NCBI GenBank assembly: GCA_937921305.1
Contig: CAKZSU010000007.1
Coordinates: 1-43,329, forward strand
DNA length: 43,329 nt
DNA from: an uncultured Patescibacteria group bacterium
GTDB taxonomy: Bacteria > Patescibacteriota > Microgenomatia > UBA10105 > UBA927
Reading direction: 5' to 3'
Translations under genes and position numbers: made by a program
The notes under the pieces: generated by a model
Seen by the model: the letters and a program-made list of their open reading frames with translations, nothing else
Database searches by the model: none
What the model was told of the DNA's origin: nothing
Shown: positions 25,186 through 34,653 of the stretch, in pieces
Layout: the number at the start of each line of letters is the position of its first letter
Numbering within the stretch: the stretch's first letter is position 1

Positions 25186-27384
25186 ATGAGAAAGAAAAAA
25201 AGAAGAGCGAAGCACGCATTCCGTATCATGCTTCGTATTTGCCGACACATCATAAAGAAGACATATAAAAAGGTAAGAATTCGCCTTTCAATGATGCATC
25301 TTTTTCTTCATATTCGCCTAAAACGCGCGATTCAAGCAACGAAAAGAAAAAACGATGAAAAAAAACAGAGATTAAAGAAGTACAGAATTATACGCATACT
25401 CTTTTATCTCTTCCTAGGAAGCATAGGAATAATTCTTTGCGCGATTGTGCCGATAAGTATGTACATCATTATTTCAGGCCTCCCTCATCCCAATCTTTTG
25501 AAACATCGTCATATTCCAAAAACAACAAAACTATTTGATCGCAATGGCATTCTGTTATATGAAATTTTCGATGAAGAAAACAGAACACCTATTCCTCTCA
25601 CAGAAATTCCGGATACTATAAAAAACGCGGTAATCGCTATTGAAGATAAGGATTTTTTTATCCATAACGGCTTTTCGCTCTCCGGGATTATACGAGCGAC
25701 GAGAGAAACCATATTAAAAAAACAACTCCAAGGCGGCTCAACAATCACGCAACAGCTTGTCAAATCAACGCTTCTTACGCCGGAGATAACTCTTGAGAGA
25801 AAAATCAAAGAACTTATCCTCGCCTATTGGACAGAACGATTGTACACAAAAGAACAGATTCTTGAGATGTACCTCAATGAGGTTTCCTTCGGCGGAACCG
25901 CATGGGGGATTGAATCAGCAAGTCAAACATATTTTGGAAAATCTGTCAAAGACCTCACGCTTGCCGAAACGGCATTTCTTGCCGGTCTTCCTCAATCACC
26001 TTCGCTCTACAGTCCATTTTCAGGAAATAAAGAAAAAGCGATAGAACGACAACATAATGTCCTTCGTCGAATGGTTGAAGATGGATATATCACTGAAGAA
26101 CAAGCGCAAGAAGCGAAACAGCAACCGCTGATATTCGTGCAACCAAAGATATCGATCCAAGCACCACATTTTGTATGGTATGTCAAAGATTACCTTGAAC
26201 GACGGTATGGAAAAACTCTTGTGGAACGAGGGGGGTTACGAGTTGTAACAACGCTTGATTTGCCACTTCAACAACAGATTGAATCCATTGTCGCTAACAA
26301 TATTAAAATACTTGCAAATCTTCAAGTAACAAACGGCGCGACGCTCGTAACCAATCCAAAGACCGGCGAAATTCTTGCGATGGTGGGAAGCAACAATTAC
26401 TTTGACACACAGAATGATGGCAATGTCAATGTTACAACTTCTTTAAGACAACCGGGATCAAGCATCAAAGTTGTTACCTACGCAAAAGCGATTGAAGATA
26501 AAAAAATTACTGCGGCAACAATTTTTGAAGATCTTCCCGTCTCATACGATCTTCCCGATCAACCGCCATATAAACCTGTGAATTACGACGGACGATTTCA
26601 TGGACTAGTTCCAACGCGTCTCGCGCTGGGAAATTCCTACAACATCCCCGCGGTGCGAGTACTTCACATGATTGGCATTGACGCAATGATTGCGCAAGGA
26701 GAGCAAATGGGCATTGACACATGGAAAGAACGCAATCGCTTCGGACTCTCGTTAACGCTTGGAGGAGGAGAAGTGACCATGATTGATATGGCAGAAGTAT
26801 ATGGAACGCTCGCGAATCTTGGAACGCGCGTGGATCTTATCCCGATACAATCAATTGAAAATTGTAAAGGAACACCTCTCTCTATACAGCAACCATCTCC
26901 TGTGCAAGCGCTCTCTCCTGAAACAGCATGGATCATTACAAACATTTTGAGCGATAATTGGGCAAGAACACAAGCGTTTGGACCAAACTCGAAACTTGTC
27001 ATACCCGGAAAAACCGTTGCGGTCAAAACAGGAACAACCGATCAAAAACGAGACAACTGGACAATTGGATACACGCCATCATATGTTGTCGCCGTATGGG
27101 TCGGTAATAATGATAATAAACCAATGCATCCCTATCTTACATCAGGAATCACTGGATCGGCGCCGATTTGGCATGAAATCATGAAAACACTTCTCGAAGA
27201 AAGACCTGATGAAATACAACTAAAACCAGATCGCGTTATTGCCATTCCATGTTACGGCAACCGCGTTGAATATTTCATTCAAGGAACTGAACCGAGACAC
27301 TGGTGCGGATTTTCTCCTACCCCAACACAGAAACAAAAAAATCAGCAGTTCAATATAACCAGTCAAGATAAAAGAGAAGATTAA
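25186..27384 (+). CDS. Bifunctional class A penicillin-binding protein (PBP1A), copy 2, with about 65-aa highly basic cytoplasmic tail
   Basis: EDKDFFIHNG, GGSTITQQ, SSIK, SYN and KTGT. It is collinear with copy 1 and shares blocks such as LRRMVED.YIT.E, ERGGLRV.TTLDLPLQ and RFGLSLTLGGGEV. Confidence 0.92.
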   Translation: MRKKKRRAKHAFRIMLRICRHIIKKTYKKVRIRLSMMHLFLHIRLKRAIQATKRKNDEKKQRLKKYRIIRILFYLFLGSIGIILCAIVPISMYIIISGLPHPNLLKHRHIPKTTKLFDRNGILLYEIFDEENRTPIPLTEIPDTIKNAVIAIEDKDFFIHNGFSLSGIIRATRETILKKQLQGGSTITQQLVKSTLLTPEITLERKIKELILAYWTERLYTKEQILEMYLNEVSFGGTAWGIESASQTYFGKSVKDLTLAETAFLAGLPQSPSLYSPFSGNKEKAIERQHNVLRRMVEDGYITEEQAQEAKQQPLIFVQPKISIQAPHFVWYVKDYLERRYGKTLVERGGLRVVTTLDLPLQQQIESIVANNIKILANLQVTNGATLVTNPKTGEILAMVGSNNYFDTQNDGNVNVTTSLRQPGSSIKVVTYAKAIEDKKITAATIFEDLPVSYDLPDQPPYKPVNYDGRFHGLVPTRLALGNSYNIPAVRVLHMIGIDAMIAQGEQMGIDTWKERNRFGLSLTLGGGEVTMIDMAEVYGTLANLGTRVDLIPIQSIENCKGTPLSIQQPSPVQALSPETAWIITNILSDNWARTQAFGPNSKLVIPGKTVAVKTGTTDQKRDNWTIGYTPSYVVAVWVGNNDNKPMHPYLTSGITGSAPIWHEIMKTLLEERPDEIQLKPDRVIAIPCYGNRVEYFIQGTEPRHWCGFSPTPTQKQKNQQFNITSQDKRED

Positions 27385-28004
27385 TTTGTGACAAAAATTC
27401 TCATTGTGTGTTGAGAAACACCGGAATTGAAAATTTCCCATTCTCCAGACGAAACGAAACGATATTCGAACACGCCTCCTGAACCAATGGCCTGCCCCAT
27501 GTCGATATCTCCTTGCTTACTTTTTATCCACATTTGTTGACGGCTTGTATTAACAAATGCAACCATTGTTCCGGATTTCACTGAAAGCGTCTCGGGAGAA
27601 AATCCGGAGTCTGTGTACACAATCGTATTTCCTCCGTGAACAACTTGCTGCTGAGTGGGAGTCGGCATCCGCGTTGGTTGCGGTGTTGAAACAGGTTGTC
27701 CTCCTTTTGTTTGATCAGGTTGTGATGAAGTCGGCGCTGGAGATAGAGTAACCCCTGTAGGATTTGGTTGATTGGCGATAATTACCATGGTTGGTTGCGG
27801 GGTAATAGTTGGCGCTCTGCCTAGTAATCGTTCATCAATGAGTTGTCGAAGCGACCTTCCTATTTCTGGAGTGGGTGTAGAAGTCACCTCTTGCTGTTGA
27901 TTATTCACGACACGTCTTGGTTGACTTCTATTTACGATACCCCACGATAGAAGCGCGGCGATGGTTACTATAGCTAAAATAGAAAAAATTGCGAGATTCT
28001 TCAT
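27381..28004 (-). CDS. Membrane-anchored protein with Pro/Thr/Gln-rich linker and C-terminal cupredoxin-like beta domain lacking copper ligands
   Basis: TM anchor MKNLAIFSILAIVTIAALLSWGIV, then a PT/Q-rich linker. The C-terminal TIVYTDSGFSPETLSVKSGTMVAFVNTS...GVFEYRFVSSGEWEIFN...HTMRIFV follows the cupredoxin strand pattern but has no Cys. The start is ambiguous: the ATG at 28004 is preferred, while the track start at 28052 makes a TAATG overlap with the ykuK-like stop. Confidence 0.6.
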   Translation of the reverse strand: MKNLAIFSILAIVTIAALLSWGIVNRSQPRRVVNNQQQEVTSTPTPEIGRSLRQLIDERLLGRAPTITPQPTMVIIANQPNPTGVTLSPAPTSSQPDQTKGGQPVSTPQPTRMPTPTQQQVVHGGNTIVYTDSGFSPETLSVKSGTMVAFVNTSRQQMWIKSKQGDIDMGQAIGSGGVFEYRFVSSGEWEIFNSGVSQHTMRIFVTN

Positions 28005-28051
28005 AATATGGTATATAACGCGGGACAGGAACGCGATTGAAGGCAGGAACA

Positions 28052-28540
28052 TTATGTATGTCTATCGGCGACTTTACTTGCGCCGTAGCTGTTTGGTTTT
28101 GTTTTAACGATATATCCCGACCCGCGAATCATTCCAACAATTTCTGCGATCATGTCTTTTGTTTCGCCGGACGGACCGATATCAACATGTATTTCTACAT
28201 TATACTTCGTTATCCCGTCTTTTTCAAATAAATTGAGAATTGTTTCGGCAGTTTCAAGAGAATATATTGCTTCCTCATACATCCGTTGACGAAGCGCGTA
28301 TCGTTGGTGTTTTACAACCCGTCTCCAAAAGTAAATACCGCCTTTCCCTTTTTTATGAACAACAATTGCCGTAACAAAGTCAACCCCACCTGATTCTTTT
28401 ACTTGAGAGTCTGTTCCAACAACCAACCGGTATGCTTGATCCTCGTCAAACGAAACAAAGGACTTAATTCTCTCAGACAACTCATCAAGCGTCACAAGAC
28501 CATACGTTGGACTATGGAAGACAATCTCATTCTTTTTCAT
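28052..28540 (-). CDS. YkuK/DUF458 family RNase-H-like protein
   Basis: 162 aa. LVVGTDSQ...VTAIVVHKKGKGGIYFW...IHVDIG.SG.TKDMI...GASKVADRHT matches my memory of the Bacillus YkuK family layout. The start overlaps the cyclase stop by 14 nt. Confidence 0.7.
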   Translation of the reverse strand: MKKNEIVFHSPTYGLVTLDELSERIKSFVSFDEDQAYRLVVGTDSQVKESGGVDFVTAIVVHKKGKGGIYFWRRVVKHQRYALRQRMYEEAIYSLETAETILNLFEKDGITKYNVEIHVDIGPSGETKDMIAEIVGMIRGSGYIVKTKPNSYGASKVADRHT

Positions 28541-29219
28541 AGAAAACCGATCGGATGCTTTGGATCCACTCGTATCCCCATATCACCAACCAAAGAAGCG
28601 AAAATCCATAAAAGAGATCTTCGATCGGCATGGAAAAAATTCTGATGCCGCTCATATACGCAGAATCGTAGATAACAATAGGCCTTGCGGTAAGGTACCC
28701 ATTAAATATCACCGTCAAACCAATCACTATACCAGTAAATATCATCGCGACAGACGATATGTATCCTTTTCGAAAAAGGAAAAAGAATGACAATAAGAAC
28801 CCACAGAGAATAAACACAGAAAATAAATACCACAAACGATTCACATACGCATACACTCCGACAATAAAGAAAAGCAACACACTTCCATATCTCGCGACCA
28901 ATGGGACAAGAAAAATTTTTCGAGGAAAGTGATGCTTCGCGTTCACCCATAAGACAAGACATCCCCACGGCACCGTGAAGAAAAATAATATTTCTTCGAT
29001 AGGAAGCGGTCCAATGATTATTCCTAATGTATATAAAGGATTAAAACTCCACCATATATCTGTAACCAACGCGTCCCAAAAGATATACACGAACGCCACT
29101 GGAATAATCGACGCTAATGCTGAAAAAATATGAGGGAATTTTCCTCCTTTATATACCAATGGTCCAAGAAGAGAGCTTCCAAGAATAAGGCAATTAAATA
29201 GCAAATATTCGCTGTTCAT
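28527..29219 (-). CDS. crtY: Lycopene cyclase, fused two-repeat CrtYc/CrtYd-type (lycopene cyclase domain x2)
   Basis: 230 aa and about 7 TM helices, with two internal repeats. Each repeat carries the diagnostic P-x-E-E/D motif (PLPIEEILFFFTVPW and SMPIEDLFYGFSL). ATGA overlap with the upstream crtI-crtB stop. Confidence 0.75.
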   Translation of the reverse strand: MNSEYLLFNCLILGSSLLGPLVYKGGKFPHIFSALASIIPVAFVYIFWDALVTDIWWSFNPLYTLGIIIGPLPIEEILFFFTVPWGCLVLWVNAKHHFPRKIFLVPLVARYGSVLLFFIVGVYAYVNRLWYLFSVFILCGFLLSFFFLFRKGYISSVAMIFTGIVIGLTVIFNGYLTARPIVIYDSAYMSGIRIFSMPIEDLFYGFSLLWLVIWGYEWIQSIRSVFYEKE

Positions 29220-31477
29220 GTAATGAATTGTCGCAACACCTCTGCGATAACGCGAATCTTTGGAGGTTTAACTTTTTTCTTCCAAACAATCATTGGATCA
29301 GCATAGATAGCATCTGCGGTTTTTTCATACAGCTCTGCAGCTGCTTGAATCGGCGGTCTATATTGCTTTGGAATATACGAAAACCCTTTTTCAGCTTGAC
29401 GCTGAATTCGTTTATACGCCTTGATATGCGCTCGAATAAACGAGCCCCATTGTTTTGGATCTCGCCTAATCTCTTCGGTGTATCCTAAATAATTTCTTCC
29501 AAGGCCTTCATCTTCCGCAACATCGCGAATAAAATTGACATATTGCATGGCTTTTCCTTGGAGTCTAGCGGTTTCATTCGCCGATTCTGGAAGATCAAGA
29601 ATTCTTGCCATCATCAACCCGACTACTTCAGCCGAGCCATACATATACGATTCTAATTCTGAAAATTTCATGTACGATCGTTTCGTGAGATCACCTCTCA
29701 TCGATGTCCAAAATGCTTCAATCCATTTCCAATCAAATTGTTTTCGCTTCGCAAGAGAAATAAATTCTCGAACAGTTTGATGCTCTGTTGCTCCATTTTT
29801 CCAACACAACCGAGTCTCTTTCCACAACGATTCAAATGCGTCGGTATCAGGCGTTGGACAATCAATCAGATCGTCAACAGTACGAACATACGCGTACAAT
29901 GCAAACACATCTTCTTTTACTTGTCCTCGGAAGAATATGCTTGAATAATAATACGTCACGCTTCCTCGCTGAAAAATCCCTTGTTTGTCAGATGTCGGAG
30001 CGCCGATTTGATCAGCGACGAGCTTCGCGGAAATAAGCGTCATAGGAACTCCAACGCCCGGTTGAACATATTGACCGGCGTAATACAATCCATAAATCTT
30101 TGCGCTTTTATTCCGCGGACGAAACCATAACGATTGTGTCCATGTATGCGCAAGCCCCAACGCTGTTCCGCCATACGCATGGTAGCGATCATGAAACTGA
30201 TCTGGTCTAAACAATTCCTTAACACAAATATACCCAGAAAACGATTCTCCGGAAAACGACTCTATTTTTTCAATCACCGCATCAGCCAATGCGGCAAGCT
30301 CCGACGAGGCGTAATCACCACGAGCTCCAAGAGGAATAAGAAGAAATAATTCATCGGCCTCTTTTGGAACAATTGATCGATCGGTAACAGAACGAGCGGA
30401 AACATAAAACGACGGATCGGAAGGAATGGATCGCGCGTCAAAAATATCTGAAAAATTTTTCTTCCAATCAGAAGAAAAATACAAAGTGTGGTGAACAAAA
30501 TGTTTCAACCTTTTCTGAATACCAAGATAGACAAGAAGCGCCGATATGCCAATCATCTTTTTTCTCCACCATTGTTCATCCCATGACTGATAGTCTTTTG
30601 GGAGCAACTGTGTTTCGAGATGATGAAGATCGCAAGCACCAACAACAACAGAAGCATCATAGACACGATCACCCACCCTCACTCCAGATACTCGTCCGTC
30701 TTTAACACGAATATGTTGCACATCTTCACCCGTATGAATCTCAACTCCAAACAATCGCGCAAGTTGTTCTAACGCGGAAATAACCATCCCAATCCCTCCT
30801 TTTGGATACCAAACACCTTGACCAAAATCCGCCCACGACAAAATACTATAAAACGATGGGGTTGCATATGGCGATCCACCTAAAAACACAGACGGAAATG
30901 TGAGAATTTTTGCCAGACGATCATCGCGAAAGTATGCATATGCTTCATCATGCCAACTTTTCAATGAAAACACGCGGAGAAATGTTTGAATATCTTTGAT
31001 ATTTTTTACATCGAAAAAAAATTTCCATGAAAAAATATCTTGCCAAATCAAACGAACAACCGATTCGTACGCCAGCCGTTTTTGCTCCAAATACGCAATA
31101 AGTTTTTTTCCTGATCCGGGAAGGATGGCATCAAACACTTCTTGATTCTGCTCAAGAGAATCATTCAATGTAACTACACTACCATCATGAAAATACACCC
31201 GATATCGAGGTTCTAAACGAATAAGATCGTAATAGTCTGATGACGACTTACCAAACAGTTGAAAGAATGATTCAAACACTTCCGGCATAAGATACCACGA
31301 CGGTCCCATGTCAAAAGAAAAACCATCTTTCTTTAACACAGCAGCTCGACCGCCTAACACTGGTTGTTTTTCAAACAATCGCACCCGCCATCCTCTTGAG
31401 GCAAGAAGAGTTGCTGTCGCAAGTCCCGAGACTCCACCTCCGATCACAACAACATCAGAAGACACATGATTTGCCAT
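29216..31477 (-). CDS. Fusion protein: phytoene desaturase (CrtI family, aa 1 to about 490) + phytoene synthase (CrtB/SQS_PSY, aa about 505-753)
   Basis: N-terminal FAD fold VVVIGGGVSGLATATLLASRG...LGGRA and the CrtI-type DMGPSWYLMPEVFESFF. The CrtI C-terminal region is YYAGQYVQPGVGVPMTLISAKLVA. A short linker QIGAPTSDKQG (about 29965-30005) follows. Then come the synthase motifs YYYSSIFF, YAYVRTVDDLID (first Asp-rich), MYGSAEVVGLMM and YVNFIRDVAEDEGLGRNYL (second Asp-rich). It is one uninterrupted 753-codon frame. Confidence 0.8.
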   Translation of the reverse strand: MANHVSSDVVVIGGGVSGLATATLLASRGWRVRLFEKQPVLGGRAAVLKKDGFSFDMGPSWYLMPEVFESFFQLFGKSSSDYYDLIRLEPRYRVYFHDGSVVTLNDSLEQNQEVFDAILPGSGKKLIAYLEQKRLAYESVVRLIWQDIFSWKFFFDVKNIKDIQTFLRVFSLKSWHDEAYAYFRDDRLAKILTFPSVFLGGSPYATPSFYSILSWADFGQGVWYPKGGIGMVISALEQLARLFGVEIHTGEDVQHIRVKDGRVSGVRVGDRVYDASVVVGACDLHHLETQLLPKDYQSWDEQWWRKKMIGISALLVYLGIQKRLKHFVHHTLYFSSDWKKNFSDIFDARSIPSDPSFYVSARSVTDRSIVPKEADELFLLIPLGARGDYASSELAALADAVIEKIESFSGESFSGYICVKELFRPDQFHDRYHAYGGTALGLAHTWTQSLWFRPRNKSAKIYGLYYAGQYVQPGVGVPMTLISAKLVADQIGAPTSDKQGIFQRGSVTYYYSSIFFRGQVKEDVFALYAYVRTVDDLIDCPTPDTDAFESLWKETRLCWKNGATEHQTVREFISLAKRKQFDWKWIEAFWTSMRGDLTKRSYMKFSELESYMYGSAEVVGLMMARILDLPESANETARLQGKAMQYVNFIRDVAEDEGLGRNYLGYTEEIRRDPKQWGSFIRAHIKAYKRIQRQAEKGFSYIPKQYRPPIQAAAELYEKTADAIYADPMIVWKKKVKPPKIRVIAEVLRQFIT

Positions 31478-31483
31478 ATGGTA

Positions 31484-31492
31484 CTTATATCA
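31484..31492 (-). promoter_or_regulatory. Extended -10 element TGATATAAG, 6 nt upstream of the crtI-crtB ATG (leaderless candidate)
   Basis: The minus strand reads TGATATAAG-TACCAT-ATG. There is no SD and no obvious -35, which is consistent with an extended -10 promoter. Confidence 0.4.
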
Positions 31493-31554
31493 CAAGAGAA
31501 TAAACCGCTTCCATTGCAAGAACGCAATTAAAGACCTCTTAGTTTAGATTGTAA

Positions 31555-31585
31555 ATATCCCACGAAATAAATTCTCGTGGGATAT
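31555..31585 (-). terminator. Intrinsic terminator-like hairpin downstream of the RRM gene
   Basis: Perfect 11-bp stem ATATCCCACGA/TCGTGGGATAT with a 9-nt loop, 43 nt past the rrm stop. Only a short T-tract follows on the minus strand. Confidence 0.55.
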
Positions 31586-31627
31586 GATTGAACATCAAAA
31601 AAATATTTTTTAGATAATTGTTTCGCT

Positions 31628-31891
31628 TTACGAATGTCTCGATCGTTGTTCTCGAGGTCGCGCTTCATTCACAACAAGCGGTCTTCCATCAACGTGCTGA
31701 TTATGAAACATTTCGATGGCTTTTTTTCCTTCCTCATGATTTGCCATCTCAACAAATCCAAAACCTCTGGATCGTCCAGAGTATCGATCGGAGATAACTT
31801 TCGCGGACACCACAGTGCCAGCTTGAGAAAATAATTCAGCAAGACGATCATCCGTCATACTGTAGGGAATATTCCCAACAAACAGGTTCAT
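31628..31891 (-). CDS. RRM-type RNA-binding protein (glycine-tail-less, 87 aa)
   Basis: RNP-2 LFVGNI and RNP-1 RGFGFVEM. Strong SD GGAGG 6 nt upstream. Confidence 0.9.
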   Translation of the reverse strand: MNLFVGNIPYSMTDDRLAELFSQAGTVVSAKVISDRYSGRSRGFGFVEMANHEEGKKAIEMFHNQHVDGRPLVVNEARPREQRSRHS

Positions 31892-31996
31892 AGAACCCCT
31901 CCTTCCTCCTTAGAACACGAACATGGACGCTTTCTCCTTCTAAGAAGGAAGTGCACAAATTTCACATGCTTCCTAAGGACAACCTGTATTATACCA
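31892..31996 (-). promoter_or_regulatory. Promoter (TGGTATAAT extended -10) plus about 85-nt structured leader with SD-like repeats and an anti-SD block
   Basis: On the minus strand, TGGTATAAT is at 31996-31988. The leader contains CCUUAGGAAG (31978-31969), CUUCCUUCUUAG (31951-31940), the local hairpin CCUUC-UUA-GAAGG, and the true SD block CUAAGGAGGAAG (31913-31902). The anti-SD block pairs with the SD block over 12 consecutive positions (11 Watson-Crick plus 1 G-U). Confidence 0.5.
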
Positions 31997-31998
31997 TA

Positions 31999-32883
31999 TT
32001 ATTTTGGAATGGTCTGAATCCATGAGAAAAGAGACGTGACACATGATGATTCAAATCCGCGCAAAGAGTGATAACTTTCAGGAATAATCGTTGACGCGTA
32101 CCACGAACTCCGTTGCATTGCGTCAAACACTGTTTTGATATCGCGAACAGGACGATCCGCATACTCATCTCGCTCCGCGAATAACACAAAAAGGGGAAGG
32201 CGAATACGCTCGTAATATGGCATGCGAGGAGGCGAATCTCCATACCCAAACTGGTCTTCAATCGAGTGATCGTCCATAAGGATTAGATATCGCTTTGGCG
32301 TCAATGGAAAAAAATGTAAATCCGTCAATAATTCGTCTCCTTTTCCAGAAGCGATAAGAGATCGACAACGTTCTTTTTTGCGCTGTATTTCGGTTTTGTC
32401 CACATACGGATCCAATCGATCGCTTATTGGACAAAAAAGCGCAACGCCGTGAAGAAATGATCTTTTTCCGCTTCCCGCGTAATAACACACTTTATTCGCT
32501 CCAGAACTATGCCCAACGAGAATAACCTTTTGATATCCCTTCTGAAGGAAATACCGGATTACCGCGTCAATATCTTGCACGCATTCCTCAAACACCTCGT
32601 ACCCAGCTCCGATTGTTCTGTATCCATATCCCTGCAGACGCGTTGGGTCAATCTTCCGAAATCCAGCGATCATATCGTGCCCCCTCGTATTAAAACTTCC
32701 AAACGCCATCTTGTGACGAACCGTTTGACGAGCAAGCTCGGTTATCAACGAAACATTCCCATAAAACGTTCCAGTCAATCCATGAATCCACGCAATCGCG
32801 ACGCTTCCTCCTTCTTCAGGTTCAGCGATAATACCTTGATGAATCAATCCGTCGTCTGTTGAAAGATCTTCAAGAGAAAACAT
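31999..32883 (-). CDS. Alpha/beta-fold hydrolase
   Basis: Nucleophile elbow GHSSGA, plus candidate Asp (FAERDEY) and His (PESYHS). 294 aa. Confidence 0.75.
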   Translation of the reverse strand: MFSLEDLSTDDGLIHQGIIAEPEEGGSVAIAWIHGLTGTFYGNVSLITELARQTVRHKMAFGSFNTRGHDMIAGFRKIDPTRLQGYGYRTIGAGYEVFEECVQDIDAVIRYFLQKGYQKVILVGHSSGANKVCYYAGSGKRSFLHGVALFCPISDRLDPYVDKTEIQRKKERCRSLIASGKGDELLTDLHFFPLTPKRYLILMDDHSIEDQFGYGDSPPRMPYYERIRLPLFVLFAERDEYADRPVRDIKTVFDAMQRSSWYASTIIPESYHSLRGFESSCVTSLFSWIQTIPK

Positions 32884-32911
32884 ACTTTCTATTATATGCT
32901 CAACTACGCAT

Positions 32912-32944
32912 AAAAAAGGCTCTCGGTTTTTGAGAGCCTTTTTT
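32912..32944 (-). terminator. Rho-independent terminator of groEL (bidirectional geometry)
   Basis: AAAAAA-GGCTCTC-GGTTTTT-GAGAGCC-TTTTTT. The 7-bp GC-rich stem is flanked by an A-run and a T-run, 23 nt past the groEL stop. Confidence 0.85.
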
Positions 32945-32966
32945 ATGTTGATATGACAATTGTCTA

Positions 32967-34634
<1,668 letters not shown>

Positions 34635-34653
34635 CTACGATATATACTTTTTA

